IMG/VR virus record: IMGVR_UViG_3300001544_000071
DNA length: 64,000 bases
DNA from: an uncultured virus (IMG/VR IMGVR_UViG_3300001544_000071)
Taxonomy: Duplodnaviria > Heunggongvirae > Uroviricota > Caudoviricetes
Strand: one strand, 5' to 3'
Part shown: in pieces, positions 48,969 through 58,263 of the stretch
Position numbering within the stretch: position 1 is the stretch's first letter
Layout of the letters: every line of letters begins with the position of its first letter
The notes under the pieces: model-generated
Databases searched by the model: none
What the model saw: only the letters and a program-made list of their open reading frames with translations
What the model was told of the DNA's origin: nothing
Position numbers and translations under genes: made by a program

Positions 48969-51686
48969 CTACTCTGAAACTATGCCGCCGGAAACCTCAA
49001 CCATGTCGAGGTCATCCTTGTACCACGCTTTCCAAGCCGAAGCCGCAGACAAAGCAGTCCGGGATACTCGCGCCGTGGCAAAGTCAGGGAACATAAGCAT
49101 AACATTAAACAATCTGCCGTTAGTACCGGCAAATCTCGCCAACGTGCGACCAACCAAGCGTTGTATCTCTTGGTACGCATCTTCATCCGTAAGCATCGGA
49201 TTTGTAAGCGTTCCACGGTCAGTAACCATGTTAGCTGCCTGCATGGACATAGTATAGTCCGCAAACTTGGCTATCATCTGCATTGTGACCGGAATACCGG
49301 CATCAGTGTCGCCTATACCGCGAGCCATTGTCAGATAACTTTCCTGCGGAGTGTTATCCGAAATAGTTGCAAAATGCCCAACGTTCATTTCTCTAAGCTG
49401 CTGATGCCCGGCCATGTCGTTTTCATTAACACTGCTATCCAACCAACTCGGCCAACCCAAAGGTCTGATGCGTGTGCCGGAAAGACGAAGCAGAGAAAGT
49501 TTGTTGCCGATGAAAGTGCCGGAAGTATTACGCTGTGCAAACCACGCAGCCAATATGTCAGCTACGATATAGTCCGCTTCGCTGTGTATAAGCATGGTTG
49601 TATTTTGGCACTCCATGAACATAAGCATTGCCCAATAGTATCTATCGCGTGAGGCTACAAGTAAACCTGTTATGGTATCGAATATAGGTAATCCGGTATT
49701 CGGGTCTGTGTCTCCGGTAGGTACTTTTTGTTCCTGCCGTACTGCTTCAAGCTGCTGTTGTCTTGTCGCGTAGCGTACCCAACATCTGCTCATCGGGCTT
49801 GGGGCTTGGTTTTCGTATGAAATGCGCACCAATGACCACATCCAAGATAATGCAAGATTATTCCTACAAAGCAGAGCAAGAGCCAACGACATATCGAAGA
49901 ACTGTGATGTAGCTTGGAACGCTGCACCTATAGGATTTCGTCCTTGTATTGTACTTTCCACACGTACAGAAATGCCGGCAGGCAGTTCAGGCGTTATAGC
50001 CCTTGGGTCCATCTCAACAAGATTACCGGCAGGGTCAGGTACTAAACCTTGGCCAAGGTTGGGATTTATACCAACTGTGGTAGCATGGATACGAACCAAT
50101 GCAGTAATATCATCCGGCCTAAGCTGCGTAGGCGTTGGAATAACAATATCGAATAACTTTTCACCATCGCTGTACACATAGGTTCCTGCCGGAATTATAA
50201 CCGTCTGACCATCCCCTGCGGCTGTACCGTCAATCACATTTGCGCTGGTAACAACAATACCCGGAGCCGGCAGTAAGCCGAAGAACAGGTTTGTAATATC
50301 ATTACCGTCAGCAAGATTATTGGCCGGTCCAACAGTGGTGGGCGTTACGTTATAAACAGTATAACTTCCACCGCCGGGAGCAAGATTAACACCGCCTGTC
50401 GGTACAGTAATACTCCAAATGCGCAAGCCGTCATTATAAGTGTACGTTCCTGCTTCAAGCAGAATAGAAACACCCGGAGGAATGACAGGATTACCCTGTA
50501 CTCCGCCTGTTACAAGCAAGGAAGCCGGGAAACCAAGTGCGGGTGAAAGCGCACTAATGCCGACAGTACCGGCAGTAATAAGGCCGGGATGTGCAGCATC
50601 AACGCCGTTAGCTGTTGCAGTAAAGGTTACAGCATGTGTACCGCCAGCAGCAAGTGTTACGTCAGCAGGTATATTTACACTATAACCAAGGCCAGCCGCA
50701 AGAGCGTAGTCACCTAATGTTATCGTTCTGTCGCCTGTGTCGCCGTTTGTGCCTTGCGCTCCGCCGGGAATGAGCATTATTTCGCTGTCTGTCGGACTAC
50801 CCGCAAGATTTGGTACTAAAGCTGAACCACCGCCCAACGATGAAGGCGTAGTAGTGTCAACCCAATTTGCATCAACATTACCTGTTACCAATGATACCGT
50901 AAAGGTGTCACTTCCGCCGGCAAGAATAATAACATCCCCGCCTGCTATGGTAAACTCGTAGTCCGAACCGGCAATACTTATAATGTAAGTAGTACCGTCA
51001 GGCAATGTTATATCAGTCGCGCCAATATTATTGATTTGTATTTCGTGTGTTGCTGGCGCGGCTGCTACAACAGTCGCATCATTAACAATGGTAACATTAA
51101 GCGTTGCTGCTGTACCGGGGTCGCCGGGACCGGCTGCAATTGGATTGGTAAAGACCACATCCTGCCTTGCGAAAGTACCGCCTCTTGTTCTGTTGGAAAG
51201 GCGAATATCCATAGATGCCGGCAAGCCCGGAGTAGGCTGTATAACAACATCCCTGCCATCGTAATGCGGGTCAAACATGTATTTGAAGTATGAGAAAGAA
51301 AACAGAGCTTGGAACGCGGCAGTCAATGGCGCATAACTTATGCTCCTGTTCTGGATGTCCCAACCATCCGCTACTTCATCGTCAAATACGATAAGATAAA
51401 TAACCACATCGCCATTTGTGTCCTGTCTGAAAATTGGCTGCCATTGGGCAAGCAAATCTCCGGTCATTACACCGATGTAATTATCCACAACAGCTACAAA
51501 CACCGCAGGGCGTTCAGGAGACAGATAAGCGTCAGACCAGCCGACTATATTCTGTGCCGCGAACCGCTTTGGTATGTAGATGCTTTGAGCGTTGAACAAC
51601 TCATTTGTGTTGTTCACAATCACGTCTGTCGTAGAGCGAAAACGCATACGCATGTGCGCTAACGAACCAACATAATTTAAGTTCAC
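48969..51686 (-). CDS. Tail sheath protein with large beta-domain insertion
   Basis: GTG start behind AGGAGGT; synteny; C-terminal W...DDL..V.V.G. Confidence 0.75.
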   Translation of the reverse strand: MNLNYVGSLAHMRMRFRSTTDVIVNNTNELFNAQSIYIPKRFAAQNIVGWSDAYLSPERPAVFVAVVDNYIGVMTGDLLAQWQPIFRQDTNGDVVIYLIVFDDEVADGWDIQNRSISYAPLTAAFQALFSFSYFKYMFDPHYDGRDVVIQPTPGLPASMDIRLSNRTRGGTFARQDVVFTNPIAAGPGDPGTAATLNVTIVNDATVVAAAPATHEIQINNIGATDITLPDGTTYIISIAGSDYEFTIAGGDVIILAGGSDTFTVSLVTGNVDANWVDTTTPSSLGGGSALVPNLAGSPTDSEIMLIPGGAQGTNGDTGDRTITLGDYALAAGLGYSVNIPADVTLAAGGTHAVTFTATANGVDAAHPGLITAGTVGISALSPALGFPASLLVTGGVQGNPVIPPGVSILLEAGTYTYNDGLRIWSITVPTGGVNLAPGGGSYTVYNVTPTTVGPANNLADGNDITNLFFGLLPAPGIVVTSANVIDGTAAGDGQTVIIPAGTYVYSDGEKLFDIVIPTPTQLRPDDITALVRIHATTVGINPNLGQGLVPDPAGNLVEMDPRAITPELPAGISVRVESTIQGRNPIGAAFQATSQFFDMSLALALLCRNNLALSWMWSLVRISYENQAPSPMSRCWVRYATRQQQLEAVRQEQKVPTGDTDPNTGLPIFDTITGLLVASRDRYYWAMLMFMECQNTTMLIHSEADYIVADILAAWFAQRNTSGTFIGNKLSLLRLSGTRIRPLGWPSWLDSSVNENDMAGHQQLREMNVGHFATISDNTPQESYLTMARGIGDTDAGIPVTMQMIAKFADYTMSMQAANMVTDRGTLTNPMLTDEDAYQEIQRLVGRTLARFAGTNGRLFNVMLMFPDFATARVSRTALSAASAWKAWYKDDLDMVEVSGGIVSE

Positions 51687-51696
51687 ATCGTACCTC

Positions 51697-52269
51697 CTAT
51701 AAAGGTTCTTGTAGTATTTGCCCTGCGGCAAACGATATATATTCTAACCTGTCCCCTCCACTACGCCCTGTATCGAAGTCCAACACTTCGTCATATTGCA
51801 GTTTCATGGTCAGGGTAAATGCTTTTGTTGTATTACCTCTGCCGAAATAATCCACATTACATGGTATTATAGGACTGATATACGGTAATATCATAGCATT
51901 ACAATACGCCTTAAATATTATAGCACAGTGGCGGGTCTTGGTCAAATGGTGCATCCACTTGGCCCACATTTCAGCCCTATGCCCTAAAAACCGTACTGTA
52001 ATACGTCCTACTTTTACTGTGGTATTCAAATTATTTATATTAAAATCATGCGTAAGTCTGTCATCATCATCAATCCAATACTGTATCCATGTATCCTGTG
52101 TGCCGGGGTCTATTGGGTTTTCAAAGTTATGTTGCATAGGAACAACAAACTTCATGGCCTCATCAAACTGCTGCTGTGTCATACCTTCATGGCGAAAGAA
52201 AAGGTCAGTCAATGCACCGCGTAATGTATCAAAATTAAGTCCTGAAATATTTATAAACACGCCGGCCAT
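51697..52269 (-). CDS. Neck / tail terminator protein
   Basis: Synteny. Confidence 0.55.
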   Translation of the reverse strand: MAGVFINISGLNFDTLRGALTDLFFRHEGMTQQQFDEAMKFVVPMQHNFENPIDPGTQDTWIQYWIDDDDRLTHDFNINNLNTTVKVGRITVRFLGHRAEMWAKWMHHLTKTRHCAIIFKAYCNAMILPYISPIIPCNVDYFGRGNTTKAFTLTMKLQYDEVLDFDTGRSGGDRLEYISFAAGQILQEPL

Positions 52270-53003
52270 TACGCAGCCTCCTTGTCGAGCGCAATATAAA
52301 TATTTATACTTTCAATAAGCTGCCCCGAAGCATAAAAAGTACGCTCTACATTCAAGCCTAACGCCCTGCGTCTTGCCAGTGTTTCAGCCGAAGTTATATG
52401 TTTTAAGTTTATTTTACCTGTGTATAATGCGCTAACAATATCCTGTTTAATAATTAGCCTGACTTCCTGTAGTGCGCTGTGATGCTGTTGATTTGACCAC
52501 GCGGCAAACTCCTCTATGCGTAAATCTTCGCCCTGCCGTTGCGCCGCTTCTTCCATAACTTCTTCACGAATACGGGCTACAACAATATCAAACTCCTCTT
52601 TTACCCAAGAGTATGGAAATATAGTATCAAAATATGTATCAACAAAAGGCACACCGCCATTAAAACGGTCTGTTAATATTCGGTACAATCGTTCAAAAGT
52701 CATATTAGACGCACCATATTGTCCTACTCTGTCTGCCGTTTGTACGTCTGTTATAAAAGATGCTGCGGCAGAAGAAAATATATTATTACGAATATTGTCC
52801 GGGAAATCGTAAGTTATACTGGCTCCGTTGTCTACCCAACCAAATCTTGTGTTAAGCTCCTCCATTGCGTTAACACCCGGAATTGTAGCTCCTTCGACAG
52901 CCACAAAATCCATATCCATTGTGTCTTTATCAGACGGGCCGGAAAAAGCTCTGCGTATATTTTTAGCGAACATCTTAACAAGAGAGATTACTTTCCCTGC
53001 CAT
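52269..53003 (-). CDS. Neck / tail-completion protein
   Basis: SAETLARR...ASGQLIESI motif. Confidence 0.55.
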   Translation of the reverse strand: MAGKVISLVKMFAKNIRRAFSGPSDKDTMDMDFVAVEGATIPGVNAMEELNTRFGWVDNGASITYDFPDNIRNNIFSSAAASFITDVQTADRVGQYGASNMTFERLYRILTDRFNGGVPFVDTYFDTIFPYSWVKEEFDIVVARIREEVMEEAAQRQGEDLRIEEFAAWSNQQHHSALQEVRLIIKQDIVSALYTGKINLKHITSAETLARRRALGLNVERTFYASGQLIESINIYIALDKEAA

Positions 53004-53013
53004 TGCTCGCCAC

Positions 53014-53424
53014 CTAGTACGCATTGTTTATATTAACCTCCACCTGCTCGTTACGCACTTGCAGGTCTGTTACGCCTGTTACGATTTCAAGTTTATAAAC
53101 AGCAAAACCGCCTTCACGGGCAAAGTTATTATCTTGTATAAACTTGAACATTTCCCCGCTGTCCTCCACATACATCCCTTGCCGTATCATGCTGTTTGGA
53201 ATACGGTCAAAGCAAAAAAACTTTGCCTGCTGCCCTTCAACAAAAGTGTCGTCAGGAATACCGGCGGCTCCGCCTGTATCCCTTGTAATATAGGCGCGTA
53301 TCTGTGTAAGCCTTACCGCTCTGTCTGTAAATCCACCGCCGGGCAAAGCCGCCATGTGGAATATATCAAAGCGGCGCATCAATTCAGGGAACGATGCAAG
53401 CATATCACCATACACGCCGGGCAT
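53014..53424 (-). CDS. Head-closure protein
   Basis: Size and synteny. Confidence 0.55.
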   Translation of the reverse strand: MPGVYGDMLASFPELMRRFDIFHMAALPGGGFTDRAVRLTQIRAYITRDTGGAAGIPDDTFVEGQQAKFFCFDRIPNSMIRQGMYVEDSGEMFKFIQDNNFAREGGFAVYKLEIVTGVTDLQVRNEQVEVNINNAY

Positions 53425-53425
53425 T

Positions 53426-53773
53426 TTATTCCCTCACTACAGTTAATTCCTCCAAGGTGGTATTACCAGTCTTGGCGGTTTTTATATTAGGCGAGAGAGG
53501 GGCAGAAGAAATACTGCCTGCTGTCATAGATGGCGAAGGAGCAAACACCATAGGCTTCTGCCCCTGTCCCGCCTCTCCGATAGGATAGGCTTTGCCTGAA
53601 ACTATGCGGACTTCTCGGTCAAAAATTGTAGCCATTTTTTGTTTTACCATGTCAGTAACACAGGCTTCTAAGGACTGCGGCATCCTGTAAGCTACACCAT
53701 GTCTGTAAACATGTCCGCTAATTGTGCAATTAACATGCACTATAAACCACTTGTTTGTCATTTTGTTTGTCAT
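53426..53773 (-). CDS. Hypothetical head-region protein
   Basis: Coupled ORF. Confidence 0.6.
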   Translation of the reverse strand: MTNKMTNKWFIVHVNCTISGHVYRHGVAYRMPQSLEACVTDMVKQKMATIFDREVRIVSGKAYPIGEAGQGQKPMVFAPSPSMTAGSISSAPLSPNIKTAKTGNTTLEELTVVRE

Positions 53774-54246
53774 CGTATTCGCCCTCCGAGACGCACTCTT
53801 TTCACTGCGGTACTAATCATCATGTAGGCTTTATGTCCCCAAGGATTTGATTTCAAAGGCATAAGTAAATCCCTGAAATCAGGGTTTTGTCCCCGGACAA
53901 AATTATCCTGAAAGGTAAGCGCAACCGCACCAATTCGCTTACCCTTTAATGGTATACCTCCCATGATAGGAACGCCCGACACAAGTAACGGATACTGGTC
54001 AGCTATATACCAACAAGCCAAGAGCCTAAACAACAATTGAGTTTTGTCAAAGTATATTTGCTCTGGTTGCATGTCAAATAAAGTTTGGCAGCCTGTGAAC
54101 ATTGTGTAGACCGCATCAATAGCTTCGAGCATTACATTTTCGTATTTCTCATCAGCCAAGTCGGGGAACGACATTAGATGCCATCTGCGAATGTCCGGGA
54201 CGGTTATGCGTCTCGGTACACCGTCTACAAATATAGGGGTGTCCAC
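53770..54246 (-). CDS. Head-tail adaptor (DUF4054-like)
   Basis: FPDL...LLAC...IGAVALTF...SNPWG pattern. Confidence 0.65.
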   Translation of the reverse strand: MDTPIFVDGVPRRITVPDIRRWHLMSFPDLADEKYENVMLEAIDAVYTMFTGCQTLFDMQPEQIYFDKTQLLFRLLACWYIADQYPLLVSGVPIMGGIPLKGKRIGAVALTFQDNFVRGQNPDFRDLLMPLKSNPWGHKAYMMISTAVKRVRLGGRIR

Positions 54247-54258
54247 AGGCTACCTCAA

Positions 54259-54756
54259 CTAAAACTTCGCGTTCTTGCCTTTCTTTTCGCCTTCCCCTTC
54301 GGTAGTGGGCGCAGAAAGACAATCTTCAAGGCCGCAGCATTTAGCAGCAAGGCTTTCAATCTGGTCTTGCAAAGGAAGTGTCGCTTTGGCAACCGCAGCG
54401 TCAATATCTTCCTGTGTAAACCCACCGCCGCCTTTTTCAAGCTCGTTGATACGTTTGGTCAAATCCTGTATCTGCTTTTCTTTAGCAGCTATGATACTTT
54501 GCGGCGTTTGCACCGACATCGGAAGTTCACTGCGGAGAACAAGTTTTTTCTGCTTGATAAACGAAACAAAAACATTACTCTCTTTTTCCAACGCTTTCAA
54601 CGTTTCGTCCGAAACCTGTGTGAACCCATTATGTGCCATCAAGCCTGTGTACTTGTTCAGCATCTTTGGATAAAAATCCATTGTCTGTTTTGTACCATCA
54701 GGCCCTTTATAATGGCAGCGTACTTGTTTATCATGCAAGCACTCAATATATTTCAT
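54259..54756 (-). CDS. Coiled-coil protein downstream of the capsid gene
   Basis: AAGGAG SD. Confidence 0.7.
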   Translation of the reverse strand: MKYIECLHDKQVRCHYKGPDGTKQTMDFYPKMLNKYTGLMAHNGFTQVSDETLKALEKESNVFVSFIKQKKLVLRSELPMSVQTPQSIIAAKEKQIQDLTKRINELEKGGGGFTQEDIDAAVAKATLPLQDQIESLAAKCCGLEDCLSAPTTEGEGEKKGKNAKF

Positions 54757-54803
54757 AAAATTGCTCCTTCAAAGGGGGCTTACGCCCCCAATTTTAAGTT
54801 ACC

Positions 54804-56345
54804 TTACGGTACCCACCAATTATTCGTTCCCATGCCTTCAATGACATGCACAACCTTCTCCACAGGCACAAGCAAAGAACCAACACGTTTCAACGCGGTT
54901 CTCACTACACCATCCCTAAAGCCGGGAGCAGAAGGAAGTATCATTTTGTCAATCGGCACCGGACACAAAATCATTTCAGACATGCCGCCGTCAAGCGCAG
55001 ACTGAATTGTGGGGAACGTCATAAACATAATATCCCACGGATTTGGGTTGAACGGAGTGTCAGGCATGAGCATTGGGTCAGGCACGATTTCAAAAGACTT
55101 GTACAGCCCATCGCCGGACTTGGTGGCCATTGTGCCTACCAGTTTGTTGCCGCTTTCATAAATCGTATTGATTACTGAAAGAGGATTGTTCTGGTTAAAC
55201 ACACGCGAGAGTTGGCTGTATTTGAATACTTTATAAAGTATTGGAGAGCAACGAATCTTACACTCAACCGGGAGGAAGTTTAGCTCCTCCATTTTGTTTG
55301 CGATGAAGTGCGACAATTTGACGAGTAAGTCGGCACCGACTGTTGAGTTGGTTCCGTCAAACTCCTCTTGCCACAATTCAGCGGCAGGCTGGAACTGATA
55401 CTGCTCTACCGTTCCGTCACGCATGGCAATTTGGGTAAGCCCTTCAAAGCCGGTTTCAGCATGGCCGAAATAGATAAGCACGTTGAGAAGCTGTTCGAGC
55501 ATGAGGTTTGCGTAAGCATCCCTTGAGCCAATTGTAGCATTGGTAAGCCAGTTGCCGGGCATCGCTCCGATTGCCATTTCCTGTATCTGCGGACTTTCAT
55601 AGTCAATAACAATGTTGATAAGCTCGGACAACATCGTACCTGTCCGGTTTTTGGCCGCGATACTGGTGTTGAACGTAGTCATTGTTTTTGCTACGTTGGA
55701 TACCCTTGCATAACCTTCAAAAGTTTCTGTGAAGATTTGAACAAGGTCTGCCCATACGTTAGGAAGGCCAATCTTATTGACCATCCCTTCCGCATATCCT
55801 TGAAGGAACGGCTGGCGGAATATGCGCTGGATTAACGCAATATCCCAATGCGGAGTTGTCATACCAGCAAGGATACTATCGTTTACACGCTTTGCAATCC
55901 GGTCAACAACAAATTGTCCCGTTTTCTGGTCGAAGTACCCATAGTGCTGAATAGTATCTGTTACACGCTTTTCAGCTTCTTTGGGTTCAAGACCAGATTT
56001 AATATACTCTGCCCTCTGCTCGGCGGCATAGCGCAAAATACTGTCAGTCGCCCTTTGGACAACACTTCTGCGCTTCAAGTTTTCGTCAACAAGAAGTTCG
56101 TCATGTATCATCTTTTCGGGAGTTTCAAAATACAGAGCCTCGGCCATCGTCTGATGTGTGCCGCGAACCCTGTAACCGCCTCTGGCAGCAATGCCGGCAT
56201 CCGTATTACGTCCAATGTGGATGCCCTTATAATTCCCACTATCAATCATTGTGGGAAACTGCTGTACCAGAACTTCTTCTGCTTTTCTGCCCCAGTCATG
56301 GAAAGCAGGAGCAGTATTCAAAAAAGTTTGATTATCTGTCATCAT
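54804..56345 (-). CDS. Major capsid protein
   Basis: Synteny; IYFGH..GFEGL HK97-like motif; hairpin after the stop. Confidence 0.75.
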   Translation of the reverse strand: MMTDNQTFLNTAPAFHDWGRKAEEVLVQQFPTMIDSGNYKGIHIGRNTDAGIAARGGYRVRGTHQTMAEALYFETPEKMIHDELLVDENLKRRSVVQRATDSILRYAAEQRAEYIKSGLEPKEAEKRVTDTIQHYGYFDQKTGQFVVDRIAKRVNDSILAGMTTPHWDIALIQRIFRQPFLQGYAEGMVNKIGLPNVWADLVQIFTETFEGYARVSNVAKTMTTFNTSIAAKNRTGTMLSELINIVIDYESPQIQEMAIGAMPGNWLTNATIGSRDAYANLMLEQLLNVLIYFGHAETGFEGLTQIAMRDGTVEQYQFQPAAELWQEEFDGTNSTVGADLLVKLSHFIANKMEELNFLPVECKIRCSPILYKVFKYSQLSRVFNQNNPLSVINTIYESGNKLVGTMATKSGDGLYKSFEIVPDPMLMPDTPFNPNPWDIMFMTFPTIQSALDGGMSEMILCPVPIDKMILPSAPGFRDGVVRTALKRVGSLLVPVEKVVHVIEGMGTNNWWVP

Positions 56346-56355
56346 AGCATTTCTC

Positions 56356-57054
56356 CTACAATCCAATCGTCAGGAAAACGGCTTCGTTTTCCGGCTCGAA
56401 GATTTCAATAAATCCGCCAAAAGTTGCTCCGGCCATTGTCGGGTTTGCCTGCTGTGCAACAGTAAGTACCGCCATAATGGGGAACCCGGAAGTGTTGCTA
56501 AAGAACATGCCGAGCTTACAACCATCAGCACCAGCGATGTATGCAGCAAGCCAGTCGGAGTAAACCATTCTGGTTGCAGGAACATCTAAAGTCCTGTCGC
56601 CTTGCAAATACGCAAGATAATTGGCTTCTTCGCCTACTTCGGTCATTGTAACCTTATAGCCTACATAGCCCTTGCGAATCATATCCGCACGACCGAACTG
56701 CGGCACACCCCATCCCTGAACAGGATGTCCGGTTTGCCAACCTTGGTTGAACTCGGATACACCGATAAAAAGTCCGACCGCAGGTTTTTCAGTATGAACA
56801 ACACCGGGGTCAACATCCATTCGAGTGATGTCCCTCCACAATCCATTTCCGTATGGAACTGCACCAGCAGCTAACAATACGTTAGACGGTCCAATATCCA
56901 CACGCGAAAAGCTCTCTTTAAGAGCAGGTACACGGCCATCCACATTGCGCATGAGGAAGCCGTTGGTTCTATCGCGCCCACGCCAAACATGCTCTTGCCC
57001 TATGCGAAGCGGAGTATTAGGTCCGTATGTTGCCCCTACGCCACTGTTACCCAC
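56356..57054 (-). CDS. Capsid decoration / cement protein
   Basis: Between protease and capsid genes. Confidence 0.6.
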   Translation of the reverse strand: MGNSGVGATYGPNTPLRIGQEHVWRGRDRTNGFLMRNVDGRVPALKESFSRVDIGPSNVLLAAGAVPYGNGLWRDITRMDVDPGVVHTEKPAVGLFIGVSEFNQGWQTGHPVQGWGVPQFGRADMIRKGYVGYKVTMTEVGEEANYLAYLQGDRTLDVPATRMVYSDWLAAYIAGADGCKLGMFFSNTSGFPIMAVLTVAQQANPTMAGATFGGFIEIFEPENEAVFLTIGL

Positions 57055-57057
57055 AGA

Positions 57058-58263
57058 CTACCCCCTATTGAGTGCGCTTCCAAGAATGAACGCACCATCT
57101 TCAAGTAATTGAGTATCCACACCATCTTCGGTGCGAGTACCTTCCTTTTCTTTCTCTTTGGATTTTTCATCACCCTTAATACCAAGAGCAGTTTTGACTT
57201 GGCCTGTAACAGCCTTTTCAATCATGCCGGCAATACTATCAGTAATGCGTTTCTCCTGTTCGGCAAACATTTCTTCGATAGTTTTTTCTTTACTATCGGT
57301 TGTTTTCTTGCCTTCTTCTTTTTTGCCTTCTTCTTTCTTTTCAGGTTCACCGGCAGCATCTTGTGTTTTCACACCAGCTTTTTCAAACAGTTTTTTAATA
57401 CTGTCATCTGCCGTAGTAACCGAAGCCGCATCTGCGTATGCTTGGTCAAGAACCCTAGCAACGTCATCTGCTTTCAGCAACGCCTCTACTGGATGCGTCA
57501 GCGCATCTTGGACAGCCCCGGAGAGAATGTCTTTAGCATCCCCATCAGGCAATCCAGCCATGTGAGCCGAAATGTCGCCGACAAGTTTTTCTTTGCCAGC
57601 AGCATCCAAAGTATGCAAGGTTCTTGCGCCCTCTAGGACAATCTTAGAAAACGAAAAGCCCTCGTCTTTGGTTCGGCCAATGCCAAGAAAAGATAATACA
57701 CCTTTCTTTCCTGCCATATTTATGCCTCCAAACGATATATTGGGCGCTTTATCCTGCACCCTGACTTGTGGCCCACCGCGACCGCGAGCCGTAATCACTA
57801 CTCCATTTACAGAAAGTATATCTTTAAGAATAAAATCGTATTGTCCCGTAATATCGGGAATTGCAACACTTCTGTAATCTGCACTTGTTTCTTTGTTACC
57901 TTGAAGGTAATACTCATAACTGTCTTTGGTATAAAAAGCCATCTTTCCAAATATACCAATCTCACCGCCTTCAAGTTCTCTTTTAATTATATTTTCACCT
58001 ATGATACCTGATGCCTGTAATCTAAAATTATCAGGGTCAGTTTCGCTAGGAGTATGTTCTTTTGTTACAACAGCGAAGGCGAATTTGTCCTTACAGCGTT
58101 CAATCACTTCTTTAGGCCGGTACTCCGTATACCACATCTTTTTAACAGCAGGAGTAAACCCACGTTGTATCATCTCATCATAAGTATAGTTATAAACACC
58201 GCTGCGCGCTAAACACGCTTCTTTAATTGCGAGCGCAGGATGTTTGTCAGCCACTCTCATCAT
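57058..58263 (-). CDS. Head maturation protease/scaffold (DUF2213-like)
   Basis: ARSGVYNY...YRP...EH...ETSADY...RGRGG..VRV.D. Confidence 0.85.
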   Translation of the reverse strand: MMRVADKHPALAIKEACLARSGVYNYTYDEMIQRGFTPAVKKMWYTEYRPKEVIERCKDKFAFAVVTKEHTPSETDPDNFRLQASGIIGENIIKRELEGGEIGIFGKMAFYTKDSYEYYLQGNKETSADYRSVAIPDITGQYDFILKDILSVNGVVITARGRGGPQVRVQDKAPNISFGGINMAGKKGVLSFLGIGRTKDEGFSFSKIVLEGARTLHTLDAAGKEKLVGDISAHMAGLPDGDAKDILSGAVQDALTHPVEALLKADDVARVLDQAYADAASVTTADDSIKKLFEKAGVKTQDAAGEPEKKEEGKKEEGKKTTDSKEKTIEEMFAEQEKRITDSIAGMIEKAVTGQVKTALGIKGDEKSKEKEKEGTRTEDGVDTQLLEDGAFILGSALNRG

